Of a stretch of 64,000 bases of DNA, positions 49,991 through 64,000 are shown in pieces. The notes beneath the pieces are model-generated. The model did no database searches. It was not told the origin of the DNA and saw only the letters and a list, made by a program, of their open reading frames with translations. Origin of the DNA: Harriotta raleighana. Taxonomy: Eukaryota. The first letter of the stretch is position 1, and every line of letters begins with the position of its first letter. The position numbers and the translations under genes were made by a program. The stretch is taken from positions 425,197 through 489,196 of the forward strand of contig JBNZDD010013496.1 of the NCBI GenBank assembly GCA_050575255.1, read 5' to 3'.

Positions 49991-52169
49991 GATAGACAAC
50001 AAGCAAAAATAACAACTTGCATTGATGCAGCGCCCCTCAAACAGCCCTAGAGAGCTTGACAGTAGCGGAGCTTGATGCCACGCCCAGGAAAGCGGGCAAA
50101 TATGAGGTAGCACTCTTGCGGAGTCAATAAGTAATGGTTTACAATAAGTTTCTGTTCAAATTCTGGGCTGGAAAAAGTTCCTTTTAATTCCCCCGTACAT
50201 TGGATTTCTAACTAAACAGATGAAAAGTGTAAATGTGTTCTCCCGAACCATGGTCAACCCTGGTGTGAAAGACTAACATGCCTTGCTGTGCTCAGCTGCT
50301 TTCTCGTGTCATGTTCACTCGTGCCATGGAGCTCCTGTAAAACGCAATGCAATTCACAATCACATCATAGAGCAGTCGTGACCCTTCTACACAGGCAGGG
50401 TGCAAACGCAGCCCGCACTATAAGGCAGCAGCTGAACCAAGACAAAGAAGGAATTTACTTCAATTATTATTGCTTCTCTCCCAGCACATGGCACTTGTGG
50501 CAAAGTGGGCAGCAATGGTTATCTTCTGGAACTGTACAGCTATTGTGCATTTGTAGGGCACGCAATCAGATCAGAACTCAAAGCCTGTGACCAACTGGGT
50601 TCAGCAGCTGCCCTACTTTGGCTCCTCCTGTTTTGGTCTTTTGTCTCCTTCTTCTCTCACGAGCGCCCCAGCCTCAGGGAACCTCACCAGAATGGCCAGT
50701 CTCCATGGGGAGTGGTGACACACATGGGGAGTGGTGGCTGTTCTCCATGTGAGGTCATTCAGTCCCCCCCCCAGCTTGTTCTGCAAGCCTATCAGATCTG
50801 TAGTTTAACTTCAAAATTCCACACTATGGTAGGGGAGGGAGGGAATCCACACACCCATGTGCTCACATACACACTAACTAGAACTATTGTGATGAGGTAA
50901 CAACAACAACTTGCATTTACAAATGGTCCTGCACGTAGGGTAGCATTCCAGAGCTTAAAGGGGTAGGAATAATACTGACCTCAGATTTTACCTGTAAATC
51001 AGCCACGACCCCAAATCTGTATCTATTGTGGGTGGCTGCCACAAGCCTGGGTCCACACCACTATCCTACCTTTTCCCCCAGACTAATCGTTAACTGAGTG
51101 TAAAGTATGAGTAAAGGGATCCGGGTCTTAAATAACAGATTTTCCTTTGTGGCCCCACATGTGCAGCTGTTTGCAGATGTCAGCAACGAGGGTGGGGGAG
51201 GGGAAGGGAGACGGAACAGGCTGGACGGGTTTGGCGGCTGTGTGTNAAGTATGAGTAAAGGGATCCGGGTCTTAAATAACAGATTTTCCTTTGTGGTCCC
51301 ACATGTGCAGCTGTTTGCAGATGTCAGCAACGAGGGTGGGGGAGGGGAAGGGAGACGGAACAGGCTGGACGGGTTTGGCGGCATCAGGTGTCGACAGTGG
51401 GGACCTTCTTGGCCTCTCAGGGCCCTGTTAAGACAAACAACCTTTTCAAACAGGCAGAGCAGCTGCTCTCACACTCCAGTCGGCCTGGTTGAAATTTGCT
51501 GCTACGGAGAAAAGCTAACAACTTCTTGTGCAATAATAACAATGATGTGAAGAGAAATGATGAGGATACTGCACTCCTAGAGTTGTCTTTTCACCAATCC
51601 AATAGGCCCAATACAATGATACCATGCATTGATAATAATAATAATCCTGCCGTTTGATATAGCACCTTATGTCTTTGGGATGTCCTCCTGACGTGAAAGG
51701 CGCTATACAAATGTAATTTTGTTGTTGTTTGAGACGTTTCAAAGCCTTCACATCGCTTTTTTTTTTTAGAAGGGATTAATACCTCCAAGAAAGCGATCTG
51801 CCAACCGATTACTAACTTAATCCTAAGTAAATAGAGACATATGCAATAAGGAAACTTGCCGAACATATGCCCTGCATTTGAATTGAACCCAGGTCCTCTT
51901 GTTTCTGAGGCAAGTGCTCTAACCATTAAGATACATATAGTGTGCATTGGTAGAGAGACAGGAACAGAGCATGTCTCAGTCTGGCTCCCAACCCAATTCA
52001 ATAGTCTGCCGGTGTTCCCTGCAATCTAGCACACATCACCACCTTCAAGAGAGAGGATGCGGGAAGAGAATTCATAATGGTTCTTCTGAGCACTATGATA
52101 TTGTTGTGTAAAACAATTCACGTTGAATAGGATTGAGGTGTGGTGCTGCGGGAATGAAGGCTGACTTAC

Positions 52170-52415
52170 TGTGGCAGTTCCAGATACAGGTTGCACGCTG
52201 GAGTTTGTACCACTCGGCTCCCCGTGTGTCTGACCGGCGGCGTAGATATTCAGGGCGTGTTCTGGGACTGGAGTCTGGCCTGTGTAGTCCTGAGTGTGTG
52301 GAACTGTGTACTCTGTTGGAATTCCATTCTGTGGAGGAGGAGGAGGGGGAGGGAATGGAACTGTAGCATATGGTTGTACCATAGTGTCTGGGGTGGCTGC
52401 TGGCTCCTGGCTACC
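52170..52415 (-). CDS. RBFOX2: RBFOX2 N-terminal domain exon (first coding exon not found in window)
   Basis: 246 nt; [48 protein letters not shown]..., closest to RBFOX2 among the RBFOX paralogs by recall. Confidence 0.94.
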
Positions 52416-53041
52416 CTGAAAAAATATGAATGAAAAAGGACACTTAAGCAAAGTTTTCTCATTACATGCTTGGACAGGGTTTAAATTTGTAGAATTCACT
52501 GATCTGATTGGCACCATCACACGTCATTAACAAAATTGGCCCTTCACCTCTAACTGCTGAAACTCTGGACATTCCATAGTTACCAGGAATGTAGGAAGTG
52601 CCCTCCTGCTTCAGCTATATGAGAGTCAGGTGTTCTCAATGGTTTGGACATACAGTAATATAATATATCCTTCCATTTGATATAGCCCCTTATCTCTAAA
52701 CGCCTTCATTGGATATACCATAAAGTGAATTGTCTACAGTACATAGTTTGTTGGCAAAACTTTCTATCAGAGTTGGATCTAGATAAAGGTGTACGTCTAG
52801 AACTTCTGACCTTTCACAGAAATCAGCAGAGAAAATTGTTCACAAAGCCAGTTTTCAATAAATAATCAAAAGGCAAATACATTCTGTTGTGGAGATCCCA
52901 TGCTTCATTTTGTGTGTTGCAATAACACTCCACTCTGATTTGCTGGACTGAGACACAATTGAGGAGGGTAGCATTTCCACTGTTTACCCACAGTACTAAC
53001 TGCACTGTAGCACTGAGGAATGGGGGGGGGGAGGGGGGGAG

Positions 53042-53310
53042 GGCACTGCATTATTGGAGGTGCCATCCTTTGGATAAGATGCAAAAGTGAGGTTGCGTTT
53101 GCCTTGTTAATGATCCCATAACACAATCGAAAAAGAGAAGATAGTTTCTCTTAAGTGTCTTGGTCAACAATCCTCTAGACTGTGAGACTTTGGAGTGTGC
53201 AAAATGGATGCTGTGTTGGCCAACAAAAGAAAATCATCAGTAACTTGGCAATTATGGTTGAGGTGCTTTGAGGTATTTTGATATGTGTAAAAAAAAATAC
53301 AAGTTCTTTC
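53042..53310 (+). mobile_element. DeuSINE (SacSINE/AmnSINE-like) relic
   Basis: gcactgcattattggaggtgccatcctttggataagatg...gatccca...tgtcttggtcaaca resembles the Deu core; L2-like tail remnant. Confidence 0.6.
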
Positions 53311-56300
53311 TTTCTGTGAGAGTCATTTGATAATAATCTTTGCATTTAATATAGCACCGTTATCATGGTCATTGAGCTGACTCAAAGCTCTTCACAGAAT
53401 ATACTATAAAGTAAACTGACTGAATATTTTGTGGACAAACGCCCACATCTAAAGATCAGGCAGTACTGCCAACTCAAACAAAATCAATTTACGCAATATC
53501 CAGTGACTGACTATGACTCTGCTGTGGACGAGGGCTTGTAGTGTAGCAGTTAGCTTTTTGTTCATCGTGATCATCTTTGAAAGACAATAGCAGCTGTAGT
53601 CCCTCCGACACAGAGAGCAGAAGAGCATTTTGAGCTCTGAAACCTGCAGCATGTCAAACCACGTGATGAAAAAAAGAACTTCAAGCATTTCACAACCCCT
53701 GGAGGCAATTTTATTTTGTTCCCCACCGCTGCTTAATATTCCACATCTTACCCATCACCCAGCGCTGTCTGCCAAATGTCCGACACCAAGTGCAGAGTGC
53801 TCTGACAGCTAATCAGAACACCAGTTCATTTTTAAACAAAATGACATCTGTGTGCAGACTGCCAAGTGCCAACTCAACTGTTCCTTCCCAATTCAGCACA
53901 GAGAAGAATCTGAAAAAGCAAACCATTTTAAACCCAGTATTATCCCCAATCTGGATTGACATGCTTTTGATATTAGGGGAAGAACTCGAAATCACAGTCA
54001 AAAACAGAGTATGACTTGGCTATAGGTTTACAGTTTAGATTCCTGCTGTTGACGTATGCAAACAGAACTGGGGCTGGTTCTGTGGGGGATTGTTTCCTTT
54101 TTCATTTATATTTTGTAAGATATTTAACAACTACTATCCATAATAGTTGAGCCACACCTTGACCATTGTATAGTATATTGTTCTGGTGACTATGGCAAAC
54201 AGGACTGACCAGTGCGGACTGGAGACAGTGCGGATACACAAACACATACACACATACTTAATACATCTGGCAGCACGGGTTTTGACTGCACGTGCCCTGC
54301 ATTTCTTATCTTAACCAGTGCTGCCACAGTCAAGGTTATAAGTTATCGTAGGATTAACACTGGCTATATGCAATACTGTTCACTCTTCTACCCTGGGAAA
54401 GATGCTTAAGCCTTAGTCTTGCCAACTTTCTCCCAACACTCTCAAGAATAAGATAAACAGTGAGTGGCCCTCCATCCCGTGAAAGAGAGTGCATTCCATT
54501 CCAAACACAAGGAAATTTCAATGTGTTTTTTATTTTTCTGGTTAGGATCATTTGAAGCACTGTGATAGTTTATACAGACATATAAGATATAGAGCTGACC
54601 TAAGGCCCCTCCAAAACAAAAACAGACAAGAAATAGTCGGAACTTCCAACTTAGTTATAGGAGGCTTTGTTAAAATATGCACCCCTAAAATAGTTTACCA
54701 TATGTGGTAAAATATGCACAGAGCAGTTACCCCAACTCACACTGAAGGGTCCCAAAGCCTTTGCTCTTGCCAACCTTCCCGTAATACTTTCCAGGTTTAG
54801 GTAAGTAGAGTGTACCATTTCGGTTAGAGTGCATTCAATTCCAACAATCTATTTCTGAGATTTCCATGTGTAGGTTGGATGTAGAGAATTCTCAACTTGG
54901 TTTGGAGATTTTAACCATAGTGGTGGATTTCTGCATGTCAGACACCTGGCTAACTTTCTAAAAAATTGCACCGATTTTAAACACCCATACCTCTCGATTT
55001 CTCTCTCTTTCTGGGATTAACCAGCACCTTTCATCCCAACAAATAACTGAGCTCTGGATCAAACTGAACACGGTTCCAGGTGGGATGGTGGCAGTTTGAC
55101 CTTTTTTTTAAAAAAAAACTTACAATATCGGGCATCAGTAAAAATAAATCATTAGAGATGTTCTGGTCACATCATAATCATCTACACGTCATAACCATGG
55201 CTCAGCGTTTCTGTCTGAGAAACGATGCCAGCTTTCTTTCTGGTTACTTTGTGATGAAGCATTCTACAGGACTCCCAGCAGTGCTTATTCCCATACAAGG
55301 AGTTCACTGTATGAATTTACTCTAGTGGCTGCCACTTAAAGAGACTCACATTCCAATTGTTCAAAGGAAAATGGGACAATGAACAGCGGGAGACAGACGA
55401 GTAACCAATCTGACACTATTTAACTTGAGCATCACCATCACCCCCTAAACAAGGCACTAATTATCTATCTGTCTGCGGAGAGAGGGCGATACAGACCAGA
55501 CACAAAGGGGCAATGTGCCTCCATTGCAATCACTTCCTCTCAACAAAACAGAAGGGTGAGCAGAAAAATACATGTGATTAGAAGCTTTGACTGCCCATAG
55601 CGAATTCTATCATTTCAAACTCCAATCCACTTAAGTGAATACTCCAAAAATAATTACCAGTATCTCTTCGTCAGCCTGGAACCCAAACAACTGGCAGTGC
55701 TTTCCATATATCTCTGGGAAGCAGTGCCAGTTGAATTTGGCTGAAGTGAAGACCCAATAAGGAAATTTGCTGCGATGCAGATTTGGGGCTCATCTGTTTT
55801 TCCACATCCCCAAATCCTTTTTTCTCCACAAGGAACGGATTTTGTGTTAGTCAATTTTCACTTGAGGTCCTCATTGAAGTCCAGTGCTGGATGCTACAAA
55901 TGCATGTTGTTGTTGTACAACATGCAACATGCATTTGTACAGCACCCCTCACAGTGTAGAATCCCAGAGCGCTTAATAGAAGTCCCATTCGTCATGGAAC
56001 TTGCTGACATTTTAGGTCTGTAGAGGTAGCCAAGTAGTTTCTGTCTTCGTGCCACAGGAATTGGCAGATCTTATCTTATGTTCCTCTTAATACTGTATAT
56101 TATGTTGTTCAAACTTTTTTCTGCCATTATAACAAGTTTGGTTTCTCTTGAATCCTTTTACCACCATTTGGTTTGAAAATGGATAAACTGCAATAAATAC
56201 AGGAGTTTGACTTCACTGTGACTGTTGATATAGCGGTAAACCAAAGTCCGTTTTGTCTTTTTTGATTTTCCAGGCACTAGTATCAATATGATGAATGGGG

Positions 56301-59300
56301 CTGAGGTTTATATAATGTAGCCTACTTCTAGCGCTGGATTTGAGATCCATAAAATGTTTTAAAAGCCTAATACCGAGATGCAATCATCAATTAGCACTGG
56401 AACATCCTCCTGAAGTGGAAGGTGCCAAACAAATGTAATTTTGTTGTTGTACATTCACAGTGCAAAGGCAAAGAGAAAAACAAAATGATGTCTGGATAAA
56501 TCGGACTAATCATTTCTTTCATGCTTAAAGTGCTTTGAAGGTAAATGTTGGGGTTCATATCCCAACCACCCAATAAGCAAACGTGAGCCCTAACGATGCA
56601 CTTTATAAGGAGGTTCAATCTATTCAAGCCTCTGCATGAGATCAACTCAGATATTGGAGCCACAATAAAAAAATGAGTGTCACACAAAAGTTCAGCAGAG
56701 AGAGAGAATTAATGAGCTACAGAGGTTTAACGGCAATGGTAAAGAAATTCACATAATTTGCCAAAAGCCATCACTAATGAAAAACATATTTCAGCATGAG
56801 TCACACACAACTTTCCACTGGCTCAAGAGACTTATTTCCAAGATGTCTACAGCTCTCGTAACTGACTTGCTTAAAAGTATCTTTTTGTACCAACCCGAAC
56901 CTCTGTTCACTCAAGTCTCAATTACACCCGAGTAGAAACAAATCAATAGAAACAGCCTATACATTTCTTTTATAGCACTTTCTGCATTAAAAATATACTA
57001 TATACTCATCTCATGCTTTACACTAATTTGTATTAAGAGTAATTGTTGATAAACGTAGTGACTATTTTTCTAGACAAGGACAGCAGAGATTTTGAATGGN
57101 TTTGTACCAACCCGAACCTCTGTTCACTCAAGTCTCAATTTTGTGTGGCTATTATATATCTTGGAATGGGCAGGATATTAGCTGGTATTTGGCCATAGAG
57201 GCCAACTGCCCTTTCCTATCTGCATACGTACTGTGCTGGATTCTGACCTAGTTCAGAAGCTGGAATCCTGCTGTTTTTATTCATTCCAAACTTTGCCAAT
57301 TTTTTTGAAGAAAATAAAACTGCACCATTGCACATTTAAATATCAATGTTGCACTGTACAATACTTATATATCCATCATTCAACTATAATAATTCTTGTT
57401 TGATTATTTTATGAATTCAATACAAAACAGTTAATTGCTCCAGTCATGGGAGAAGACAAGGTAACATTAAATAAATCACTTGGGAGTAACTCAATCTAAA
57501 GAATTGAAGATGCAGCACATATCATCATCCAGGAACAAAATTAAACCATATCCAATGTGGTTTTGCTAATGTTTAAAACCAAAACAGAAGGCAGGAGTCT
57601 TTCCACTAGATTCAACTTTGGAAAACAAACAAAATCCCAGCCATGAAAGAAAAGATTAGATTGCAGCAGGTCTGGGGTAAACCCACAATTGCACTCGCTT
57701 AGGTAACAGACTGCCAAATACATTGCGTCTGCATCAATCTTCCCAACATCTGTCAGCACAGTAAGAAAGAGAATCCACCATTATTAACATCCTTGTAGAA
57801 TGCCGCTAGAGAAACTGAATTTGTGTTGCCAATCAGGTATAAAGGAGCAGTTACGAGCAGCTATCAAACATGACCCCAAATTAGGGTGAAGGTTGGGTAA
57901 ATTTCCTTACTCGACACTCTTCTGTTTACCTAGCACTAAGTAGGAACCTGACTATTAATCAATTGGCAGATTGCTTTTACGCTGATGGTGGGGTAATAAT
58001 CCCTTAAAAAAAATAACTGGGTCACTTACCAGGTTTAGTTTGCGGGATACTGCTGTACACAATTGGCTACCATATTTTGCCCGCTAATAGACAATCAATT
58101 CACTTTGCAGTATATTCTGTGCTTTGAAATATCTGAACGACATGATAAGTCACTACATCTAATAAAAATTATTAATATTTTGAGTGTATGGGTCAATGAC
58201 AAATATCTATTTTTCAGTCAGCTCAGATGAATCCTAACAAATTGTGTTAATCCAGCCTCAAATTATTTTTAGTGAGCAGAGCGAAAGACTGCCAATGTTC
58301 TTTTAAAAATGGTACTCCACTTAACCTTTTGGAATAATGTGCAGAACCAAGAAAAAAATGAACTAAAGTTTCTTTCCTAAAGTTTTTCTTTCCATAAGCA
58401 CTCAATCATATTTTGGCCCAATTTTCACACAGGAAGCTACAAAGATTTTGTGGGATACTGCCTGAACATAGTATATGCACCATTCTAGGCCAAATCTGGT
58501 ACCCAATTCATTTATCTTATACTGCATAGTTGCATATGATTAAACTTTTTGAGTGTTTGAGTGGATCCTCATGGGTAAAGTCGCTCTGCTCATAATGACA
58601 GAATACTTACCTCTAAATCAACAGTGAAGGCATTGTAGTGAGCATTGTTGCTTGCAATATCTTCCTCACCGGATATTACCATTCCCCATTGGGTCCACAC
58701 CGACTCTATCCATTTGCTTCCCCTGCCCTTGTTCTTTTCAACCTTTTTGTATTCTCCTTTTTAGAAAATTTGTCAAACTTCCTTTTAAAAGCAACAATAG
58801 ATTCCAATTCAACTATGCATTTCCATGGCCTAATATTTAGACGTGGTTTCTTAGTATGGTTTTGAACAAACTGTACACTTACACTTACAGTATATTTATT
58901 CATTTGCCACCACAGATCCTAGCCTGGAGCACTCTAGCCTCAATATGAGGGATTCCTAATTATATTCAGTTGTGGTTCCATTTACCTATTCATTATGTCC
59001 TTCAAGAATGTTAACCAAAAAACTGATTTATTTTCTTGTGCTCAGTGCAAATTGTCCGGCACATCTCTGCTCCATTCCCCTCACCGAGACCCCATTCTCT
59101 TTCCCATATTGACTGTAATAGGCCAACTGGGTGGCAGTCTGTCAGATTTTGTTAAAGACCTCTCAAATCATTCATTCTGCTGGTATTGCTCGTGAGCAGT
59201 GAGGGTTAAAAATGACGAGTTACTCTTCAGAAAATTAATTAAGATTGACATGCCTGGGAAGACAAAATAAAAAAATGGCTTATGCATTCAAGATTTGGTT

Positions 59301-62300
59301 GTAGGGCCTGCATTTTATTAAATGTGATAAAACATTTTTGAAATATAATTAATAATCTCTTGAATTCTCTTTTTGACTGACATGGCTAGCCAGCCGCCTG
59401 TTGGTCCACTCTAACCTAACTCTGGTTCTATTCCAAAATGCATGGGCACTGCTAATGATTCCCATTCATCCAAACAATCTCATTCTCCCCTTGTGGCCTG
59501 CCCTGCCAAGGATGGGATCTAGAATATACATAGTGCTGTCTGCTCTATAACCCAGCCAAGCTTACCTTTCACAGAAGCTTTCACAGAGTGTTAACTCCAG
59601 CCCCTAACTCTGACCCAATTTCAATCAATTATTTAAGGCATGCAAACGGAAGTTGGGCACATTCAGTCAATAGTATTTTTTATAAATTATGTGGCAAAAA
59701 GGAAAATAGACTTAAGAGACATAGAAAATTATAAATATAACAAGCAACTCCTATTGGAAAAATGAACTGTCTTAATTGCAGATACGTCCAAAAGTTGCCA
59801 GCATTCACTGTCTGGACTCAGAAACAAGGTGCCAGAAGGAAGTTACTCCGTATGATCTTACAATGGTCAATACCATCATGAACCACTGGTGTGTGTGTGG
59901 GGGGTGGGGGGGAGGCGAGGAGGTGTGGAAGGAGAGCGAAATTGGATGAAAATAATTAAGATTAAACAATCTAAGTGACTCTCAGGAAGACAGTATTAGA
60001 TCCTATAGGGAAGTGCAGGTTCAAAATTCAGGGGGTTTAAGTCATGAACTAGTAAATCCAACTCACAGGGGCAATGAACACAAACTCCACCACAAGTTTT
60101 AGTCAGAATGCATCATGCAGAGAATACTTGACTAATTTATGTATGATTTTTTCTAAAAAGCCTCTGGCAAATGTAACTCCAACTGGAAAAATGAAAAAAA
60201 AAAATCCTAGACACTGGAGAGTTTGGATCTATCCAAAATTCCTTTAACATCCATTTGACTTTCAAAAATGTCGTGGGGACCCATGCAAAGTCAGTGAATA
60301 TTGTATTCAGACACAACTAGGTAGTCTGGGAGAGATTTGTTCCATTGGGAATGTTAATAATCTGATCCTGCAAACATCTGTGAATTCTATGTTTCTGAGA
60401 TGAATGCAGCATAATTATTTTAAATTGAAGTACTGTATCACCTTTCTAATGATCTTTCAATGCAGCTACTTACTTTAATTACTTCCAAACATCACCCCAC
60501 TTTCTCCAGACACCCCACCCTTCACTGACGCACATTCATGCTTGTAAAGTATAGAATGTAGTGCTCCATACTTCTTCATGGATAATCTCAATGTACTTAC
60601 AATCAACTAAAAGGCCGGTGTCATTCTAGAGGTCCATAGCAATGCTTCCCCTCCTCCCCATTCTCCTGCAAACCTTGATTTTTTTTGTCTGCCTAGGTAA
60701 CTGGAGATCCGACTGAAAATTTGAGTGACAGCCAGCTAAAGTGATTTCACTTTCCTAGTCGGAGGAGCCCTTAAGGGTTTATAAATTTCTGGTAATTTCT
60801 CAACTGCTTCTGGTTAAAAAAAAACACCCAATTTAAGGCTCTGTGAATTACAATGGTGAAAGACTAGACTTGCTCCAAATCATAGGAGGAGCAGGAAAAG
60901 AGCGAATTTAAAAAAAATCCCCATTCATCCCATCTTGTCTTATTGTGTTGAGTGGAAACAAAAAGCAAGTAAAGGAAAGGTTGAAGTTTCAGGAATGTTG
61001 GGCAAACAGCAGAACTCATGGCAGCATCCATGTCTGCACCGTGTTACAACAAGTTCATGCTGGTCTCAGCTTTGTTGCTCGAGAACAAAACTGAAAAATC
61101 TGATATGCAAACATTTTCAAGGGGAGGATTCATATGCTCACCACATTTGCACTGTTTGTGTCTTTGAAGGACTTGATTAGAAAGCTGTAATTTCCCTACA
61201 CGGCAATATTCTGAGTTACCAGTGATTGAGGAATATCAAACCTCTTTCTGCTCTTCGGCAAAACTGGGGAGGAGAAAACATCCCAGCCTCGTCATCAATG
61301 AAAATCATGCCATAATAAGAAAATCCACATAACCCACTTCTGATGTGTGTTCATCAACAGAACAATGTCAGATTTGAATAGGGGCATATATCAGTGTCAT
61401 CACCACCTGGTAACAAGCATGAACGGGTCTGAAAATCCTACATTTGCCCAAAAGTGCACCTACATAGCGCAGTCTGAGTGTTTAATCCAAAATCAAAATG
61501 GTTAACATCTTTATTTATCATGCCTAAACGTTTCTCCAGAGCACAGCTGTAGACCAGCTGAACAGCACTTGTGCCTTGCCTCTCGCTCGGGATGTCCTGC
61601 TGTTGGTTACAAATTGCTTCGAAGAGCAGAAAATTGGAAGTGACCATTTGTGACAATGGGGTTTTTCAAAAGCCACAATATATTTCTAGAAATACACTGA
61701 CATTGGCCAGAAAGCCACAAAGAGAACTAGTCAAGGCTTTTACTTGCTAAGGATAAAAAAAGATGAGCCACTATCTTCACAAGTTGCAAGATAATTATGC
61801 CCTCCACTTGTATGTGCTTTGGGACATCATCGCTTTGGGACCTCCTCCCGACGTGATAGGTGCTATACAAGTGTAATTTTGTTGTTGTATGTAACTTGCA
61901 ACATGGTAATCTTATGAAATAGCTGAGTTTAGGCAATGACAATAGCTTCTTTACACGGGGAGTGAATGCTATGGCTGAAGTGCCAATGAACTGAGGATTG
62001 TTATCTGAATTGAAGCTTCTGATGGTTGTGTCTCAGACAGTGAGTGGGTATCTGATAACTGCGTGAGGAGATGTTTGAAGGATTTCCCACTCCAGGAATT
62101 GACACTCTCCACTGAGATCTTCACAGCATCACAGAGGTAGGACTAAAATGATGATTTTGCAGCCCAGCGGAGAGGTGGAATTCCTTACTGAGACCTTTTA
62201 TACTGCAGCACAAATTTAAGTTTATTATTAAACTAGGATCATCAATATGATGGAGGACTGAAGAAAAATGTAATTGTTTATAACTTAATAATTCTGAATT

Positions 62301-62591
62301 GTTAATGGGATGAAACTGGACATGATTATAAAGGTATTATACAGGACTTGCAACATTTCTAAATCAATAAAGAAAAATTCTTCAAGACTGTGGAAGGGTG
62401 CTATATAATGATTGTCACAAGTACAAAATTTCCAAGACATTTTGGACTCGAATCCAGATGAATTGAACTTTATCTATGTACCACGACTTGGCAAAGGAAA
62501 GAGTTTGACAAAAGACCAATATTGTAGATCTCCAATTGGCCATTCAAAGTGCAGTATGGTCCCAGCCTGGTGCAGGCGGTAGCATTGCCTA

Positions 62592-62905
62592 TGGTGTAGT
62601 AGTTAAGAGCACTCACCTCATAAGCGAGAGGACCCAGGTTTGATTCCTGGGTGGGGCGAAACCTTAGGGAAGTTTCTTTGCACCGAATATGTCTGTTTAC
62701 CTAACAGTAAGTAGGAACCTGGTTGTTAGTCGATTGGAGGGTTCATTTTCCAGGGGTAACAATCCCTTCCAAAAAATAATAATCATTTGCTCACTGAATC
62801 CACGACTGTTTGTTGGACACGGCTGTGAACAATTGGCTGCCGCCCACAAAATACAATCGATTCACTTTACAGTATATTCTGTGAAGCCTTTGAGATGTTT
62901 CAGCT
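62592..62905 (+). mobile_element. tRNA-derived SINE
   Basis: gtagtagttaagagcactc head, ggtttgattcc B box, shared core. Confidence 0.8.
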
Positions 62906-64000
62906 ATGTTAAGTGTCTAACCACCTCAAGAACAATTTTATTAAAATGTGCTGAATAGTGTGCTAAGGAACCAGGTTAGCAAAATAAGTTTTGATGTATT
63001 CAGTCAATGATAAAATGGCCATTGCAGTAATGAGATAAATCTAGAGTTCATTTAGCAGTGTCAGGCTGTATCTCACACATCCCCAAACACTCCTTGATAG
63101 TACGCTCTGAACTCCAATAAAATCCTCATCAGAAATTATGGTGCCCTAAAGAAACAAGAGTTCAAATCAAGGCTGATATTTCAGCAAGAAACATAGAGTG
63201 CATTGATAGATGCTGTCTGAAAACTTGACTAAATTACAGCCACACCACACCTTTTGGCAAAGAATGAGCCATTTCTCAGACTCAAACCAAAGGCTAATAA
63301 CCAGCATCAACCAAATGACTCCAATTCCAGCAAATCCCAGAAATAATTCATAAGAAGCTAGAGCAATCGTTCTTTTAAAGGCAGCTGATTTGAGTACAGT
63401 GTTTAGAACCATTATATCAGTCATTTTTCATGCAGATAACTAGAGACCTCGGCAGCCTCACAGCGGCTATACAGATGTATAGATTATTATATAACCTATT
63501 ATATAAGCCGTTAGTATAATGTGCAGATTTTTAATTCTAAATTTCGTGGTTAAAACTCACCTCAACATTTATGTGAGTTTAAAGTTTGTTTTAAATAAAA
63601 TCGAATCAGTACTTTTATCTCTGAATTAAAGTCACCTTGTGAAGGCTGGGTTTTACAACCAATCACTGGTGCACATCCCAGCAACGAGAACAATAGGGGT
63701 CCTTCAGTAGGACATTCAAAGGGGAAAAAAAACCTTCATCAGGACCACATGAGGCTGGGCCAGATTAGATCTCCACAATGCTCCTTCAGTGAAAACTCTC
63801 GTCCGTGACACATTATATGAATTAGAAAGGATTTTGCAACTGAATCACAAGGAATTTTAAAAACATTTTATACAACAAACATTTAAATAGATTCCTATCA
63901 AAACCAAATTCCCTTTTCTCCCAAGCTCCCCAAAATGACCAGAAATGTCTCCTGAACGTTTCACCCACAAAATATAGAGTCAATTCACTTTACAGTACGT

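Noticed and set aside
51103-51383. ~140-bp tandem duplication giving a 147-aa repeated ORF
   Set aside because: Separated by single n51246 and nearly identical; assembly artefact in an intron.
56884-57140. ~39-bp direct repeat around n57100
   Set aside because: Contig-join artefact, possibly a heterozygous indel; not a target-site duplication.
58600-58700. Strong minus-strand donor GAG|gtaagt as a possible RBFOX2 first exon
   Set aside because: No suitable in-frame ATG nearby or RBFOX2-like peptide, and it abuts decayed repeat-like sequence.

Overview
Vertebrate genomic DNA. The repeat landscape (abundant tRNA-derived SINEs with L2-like tails, L2/CR1 LINE fragments, Deu- and LF-SINE-like relics) suggests a cartilaginous fish such as elephant shark; this is inference. 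The first ~18 kb is gene-dense: an uncharacterised 3-exon secreted coiled-coil gene (+, 5625-7313), HEBP1 (-, 4 coding exons), three tRNA-Leu genes and FMC1 (-). The rest is RBFOX2 (-), from its ~3.8 kb 3'UTR to the exon at 52170-52415; no first coding exon was found in the window. The RBFOX2 splicing apparatus is readable from sequence: the 93-nt RRM exon with (T)GCATG at both splice sites, B40/M43 alternative exons, an open second C-terminal frame, a divergent 75-nt cassette exon and a candidate poison exon. Best new leads: a 17-bp intronic RNA duplex between B40 and M43, the orphan secreted protein, a CTCF-like tandem array at the FMC1 start, and a possible heterozygous HEBP1 frameshift exposed by an unmerged contig overlap. 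Two N gaps and several single-N false duplications are present.
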